Assembly (NCBI GenBank): GCA_033442325.1
Contig: JAWQFM010000002.1
Coordinates: 1,470,666 to 1,484,609 of the forward strand
DNA: 13,944 nucleotides
Direction: 5' to 3'
Source of the DNA: Salpingoeca rosetta
Lineage: Eukaryota; Protista; Choanoflagellata
Under the pieces are notes generated by a model, which saw nothing but the letters and a program-made list of their open reading frames with translations, was not told the DNA's origin and did not search any database. Below, piece after piece: positions 8,156 through 13,944 of this stretch. The position numbers and the translations under genes were made by a program. Every line of letters begins with the position of its first letter. Positions within the stretch are counted from its first letter, which is position 1.

Positions 8156-10261
8156 ATGGAAGACGAGCAGCAGAGAAGACCCACACCAGCAGATGGTGGC
8201 GATGATGATGCAGACCTTGATGCGCTGTTTGATGGGGCACTGAACCTGTACGACCAGGTTGTCGTGGAGGGTGATAAGAACGCGGCTCAAACAGCAGCAA
8301 CAGCAGCACAAGCAGCTATGACCGCAGAAACGCCGAGGGCACGGGCGCCTGCAACCACGCAGGATGCTGATGATGATGCTGGTGATGATGATGACGATGA
8401 TGATGCGCTTGGGGACTCGCTTGCAGAGGGCCTGCTGAAGGGCCTGGAGGGATTTGAAACAGACGACAAGGCTGTGCAGCTCATGCAACAGCTCATGTCT
8501 GCCATGGGTACGCCAGAGGACAGCACACAGCCAGTACCGAGCACGGGCAGTACCAATGACCAACACGACAGGAATAAGCACCCCCAAGAACACCAGCAGC
8601 AGGCGCAGCAGGCACAGCAAGCGCAGCAAGCCAACACCCCAGGATCGTCATCATCGTCCTCAGCATCGACTAGCACGTCGGCGAAACCGCGAGCCCAGTC
8701 GCAGCCGGATGACTTGAGCGCCGAGTTTGCACGCATGCTTGAGCAGATGGCCACCCGCGCTTCACAGGTGCAGCAGCTGTGTGTGTGTGTTTAGTGTGCG
8801 TGCGTGCGTGCGTGTGTGTGTGTGCGTGCATGTGTGTGTGTGCGTGCGTGCATGTGTGCGTGCATGTGTGTGTGTGTGTGCGTGTGCGTGTGCGTGTGTG
8901 TGTGCGTGTGTGTGTGCGTGTGTGTGTGCGTGTGTGTGTGTGTGCGTGCGTGTGTGTTTAGTGTGCATTGTGCATGCTCTGCGCATGTACATGGCAGTGT
9001 TTTGCTGCGTGCACAAGCGACGCTGTGTTTGCAGCTGTCAGTGTGACCGTTATACGAGCAACAGCATGGCTTTGCCGTGTCCTTCCTTCCTCCCCACATA
9101 TGCGCACACACACACATACACACACACGTGTCTGTCATCGCTCGTCTCCCTCCTGTTTCGGGATGTGTCTGTGGCTGACTGCTGCTGCGCATCTGCACAG
9201 GGTGCCACCGCACCGGAAGCCGGCAGCGGCGGCGTCAACGAGGCCTCGCTGGACGAGCTGGAGTCGATGGTCGACGATCTACTGCGGCAAACAGGCCTCT
9301 CGGTCAGCAGCGACGACGACGACGACGACGACGATGATGATGATGATGATGATGGGGCTGAGGAGCATGGGGAGGGGACGTCTGGCGTTGGTTTGGGGCG
9401 ATCGAAGCAGCGGCGCAGGCAACGATCAGCGGAGGATGGGCAGCAGCAGCCGCCTGGTGTGTATGCGTGGCGCGTATTGCTTGGCGTGCTTGGTGTTGAG
9501 TGAGGAGCAGGTACTGATGGCCACATCACATCACAACACTTGAGCGAGCAAGCAAGCCACGTATCTCACTGCCCGTGCGCTGCATCTGCCACTCCCATCT
9601 CCGTGTGCTCCTTGGTTGTGCAGACGACCTCTTTGATGACATCCTGCAGACGTTTCTTGCCAAGGATCTTGTCTATCCGTCACTCAAGGAGCTTCGTGAC
9701 AAGGTGCACGCGCGCGTGTGTATGCATGCGTGTGTACGCGTGTGTAGTTCTGTATGCAGGATTATTTGTGTGTTTGCGTACTCTTGTGTGTTCTTTGTCA
9801 GCATGCCTGAACTGTTTGTGCGATCGGCCCACCTACGTGTCTGCATGCCTGCATGTCTTTGTGCCTGTGTTGCTCATGCCTCGCGCTGCTGCTGCCGCCT
9901 CCAATAGTACCCGTTGTTCCTGGAGGAGCGCGGTGCCGTGCTCAGCCCGTCAGAGTGTGCGCGGTACACGTGCCAGCACGAGATTATCACGCGCATCTGT
10001 GTGGAGTATGAGCAACCCTCACCGCAGCTTGACACTGTTACCGATCTCATGCAGCAGGTGCGTGCTGCACGGTTGCATGTCCTGCTCTGTGTGTGCATGC
10101 ATGTGTGGGTGGCTGTGTGTGAGCGTATTGGCTGCCATTGTTTGTGCAGTCGCAGCCTTGAGCGTGCACGCAACGTGTTGTGTGACTTTCCTGCCTCCAC
10201 TGTCCTTGCCCTTCTGCCCCCCCCCCCCCATCTGCGCGCAGCTGGGTCACCTCCACGATCA

Positions 10262-10341
<80 letters not shown>

Positions 10342-10493
10342 GCACACACACACACACACACATACACACACACCCCACACAGATGCCCCCGTACGGAACA
10401 CCCCCCGAAGAGCTGATGAAGAGCGTTGGGTGTGGAGGTGGATGAGTCTGGGAAAGCCAACCATGGCCACACAGGGCTGGTCCATCCTCATGA
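8156..10493 (+). CDS. PEX19: Peroxisomal biogenesis factor 19; exons 8156-8767, 9201-9456, 9624-9703, 9908-10057, 10383-(10445 as assembled, possibly ~10493)
   Basis: N-terminal DADLDALFDGALNLY matches the PEX3-binding helix pattern. The spliced C-terminal domain DDLFDDILQTFLAKDLVYPSLKELRDK|YPLFLEE...ARYTCQHEIITRICVEYE...VTDLMQQ|MPPYGTPPEELMK matches the Pex19 consensus (SKDVLYPSLKE..KYP..L, DLMQQ..G.PP.EL). All four introns are GT-AG with compatible phases 0,1,0,0. The 3' end is uncertain. Confidence 0.9.
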
Positions 10494-10502
10494 AAACCTC
10501 AC

Positions 10503-10764
10503 NNNNNNNNNNNNNNNNNNNNNNNNNNNNNNNNNNNNNNNNNNNNNNNNNNNNNNNNNNNNNNNNNNNNNNNNNNNNNNNNNNNNNNNNNNNNNNNNNN
10601 NNNNNNNNNNNNNNNNNNNNNNNNNNNNNNNNNNNNNNNNNNNNNNNNNNNNNNNNNNNNNNNNNNNNNNNNNNNNNNNNNNNNNNNNNNNNNNNNNNNN
10701 NNNNNNNNNNNNNNNNNNNNNNNNNNNNNNNNNNNNNNNNNNNNNNNNNNNNNNNNNNNNNNNN
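10503..10764. other. Assembly gap
   Basis: Run of N. Confidence 0.99.
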
Positions 10765-10800
10765 GTGTGTGTGTGTGTGTGTGTACGTGTGTGTGTGCAG

Positions 10801-13944
<3,144 letters not shown>

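Noticed and set aside
10242-10262. Alternative PEX19 acceptor giving LGHLHDH
   Set aside because: Runs directly into ~100 bp of (CA)n; the 10383 exon matches the G.PP.EL consensus better.

Overview
Eukaryotic, intron-containing, microsatellite-saturated draft-assembly sequence with three N-gaps. GC-rich exons, (CA/GT)n-filled introns and GTGCGT/GTGTGT donors resemble a choanoflagellate such as Salpingoeca (inference only). Left to right: an intronless ~742-aa protein with an F-box-like N-terminus and degenerate LRR-like repeats (316-2544, +); tRNA-Leu(CAG) (-); a convergent chimeric paralog on the minus strand, made of a near-identical inverted copy of that gene's 5' end (4066-4582 vs ~27-529) fused out of frame to the last 96 codons of a diverged paralog (3774-4064); tRNA-Gln(CTG) (-); a two-exon SV2/SVOP-like MFS transporter (5600-7757); a five-exon PEX19 (8156-~10493); and a multi-exon uncharacterised gene interrupted by gaps (10801->13944). 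The most unusual structure is the ~0.5-kb inverted repeat that places the same N-terminal cassette in front of two different C-terminal regions.
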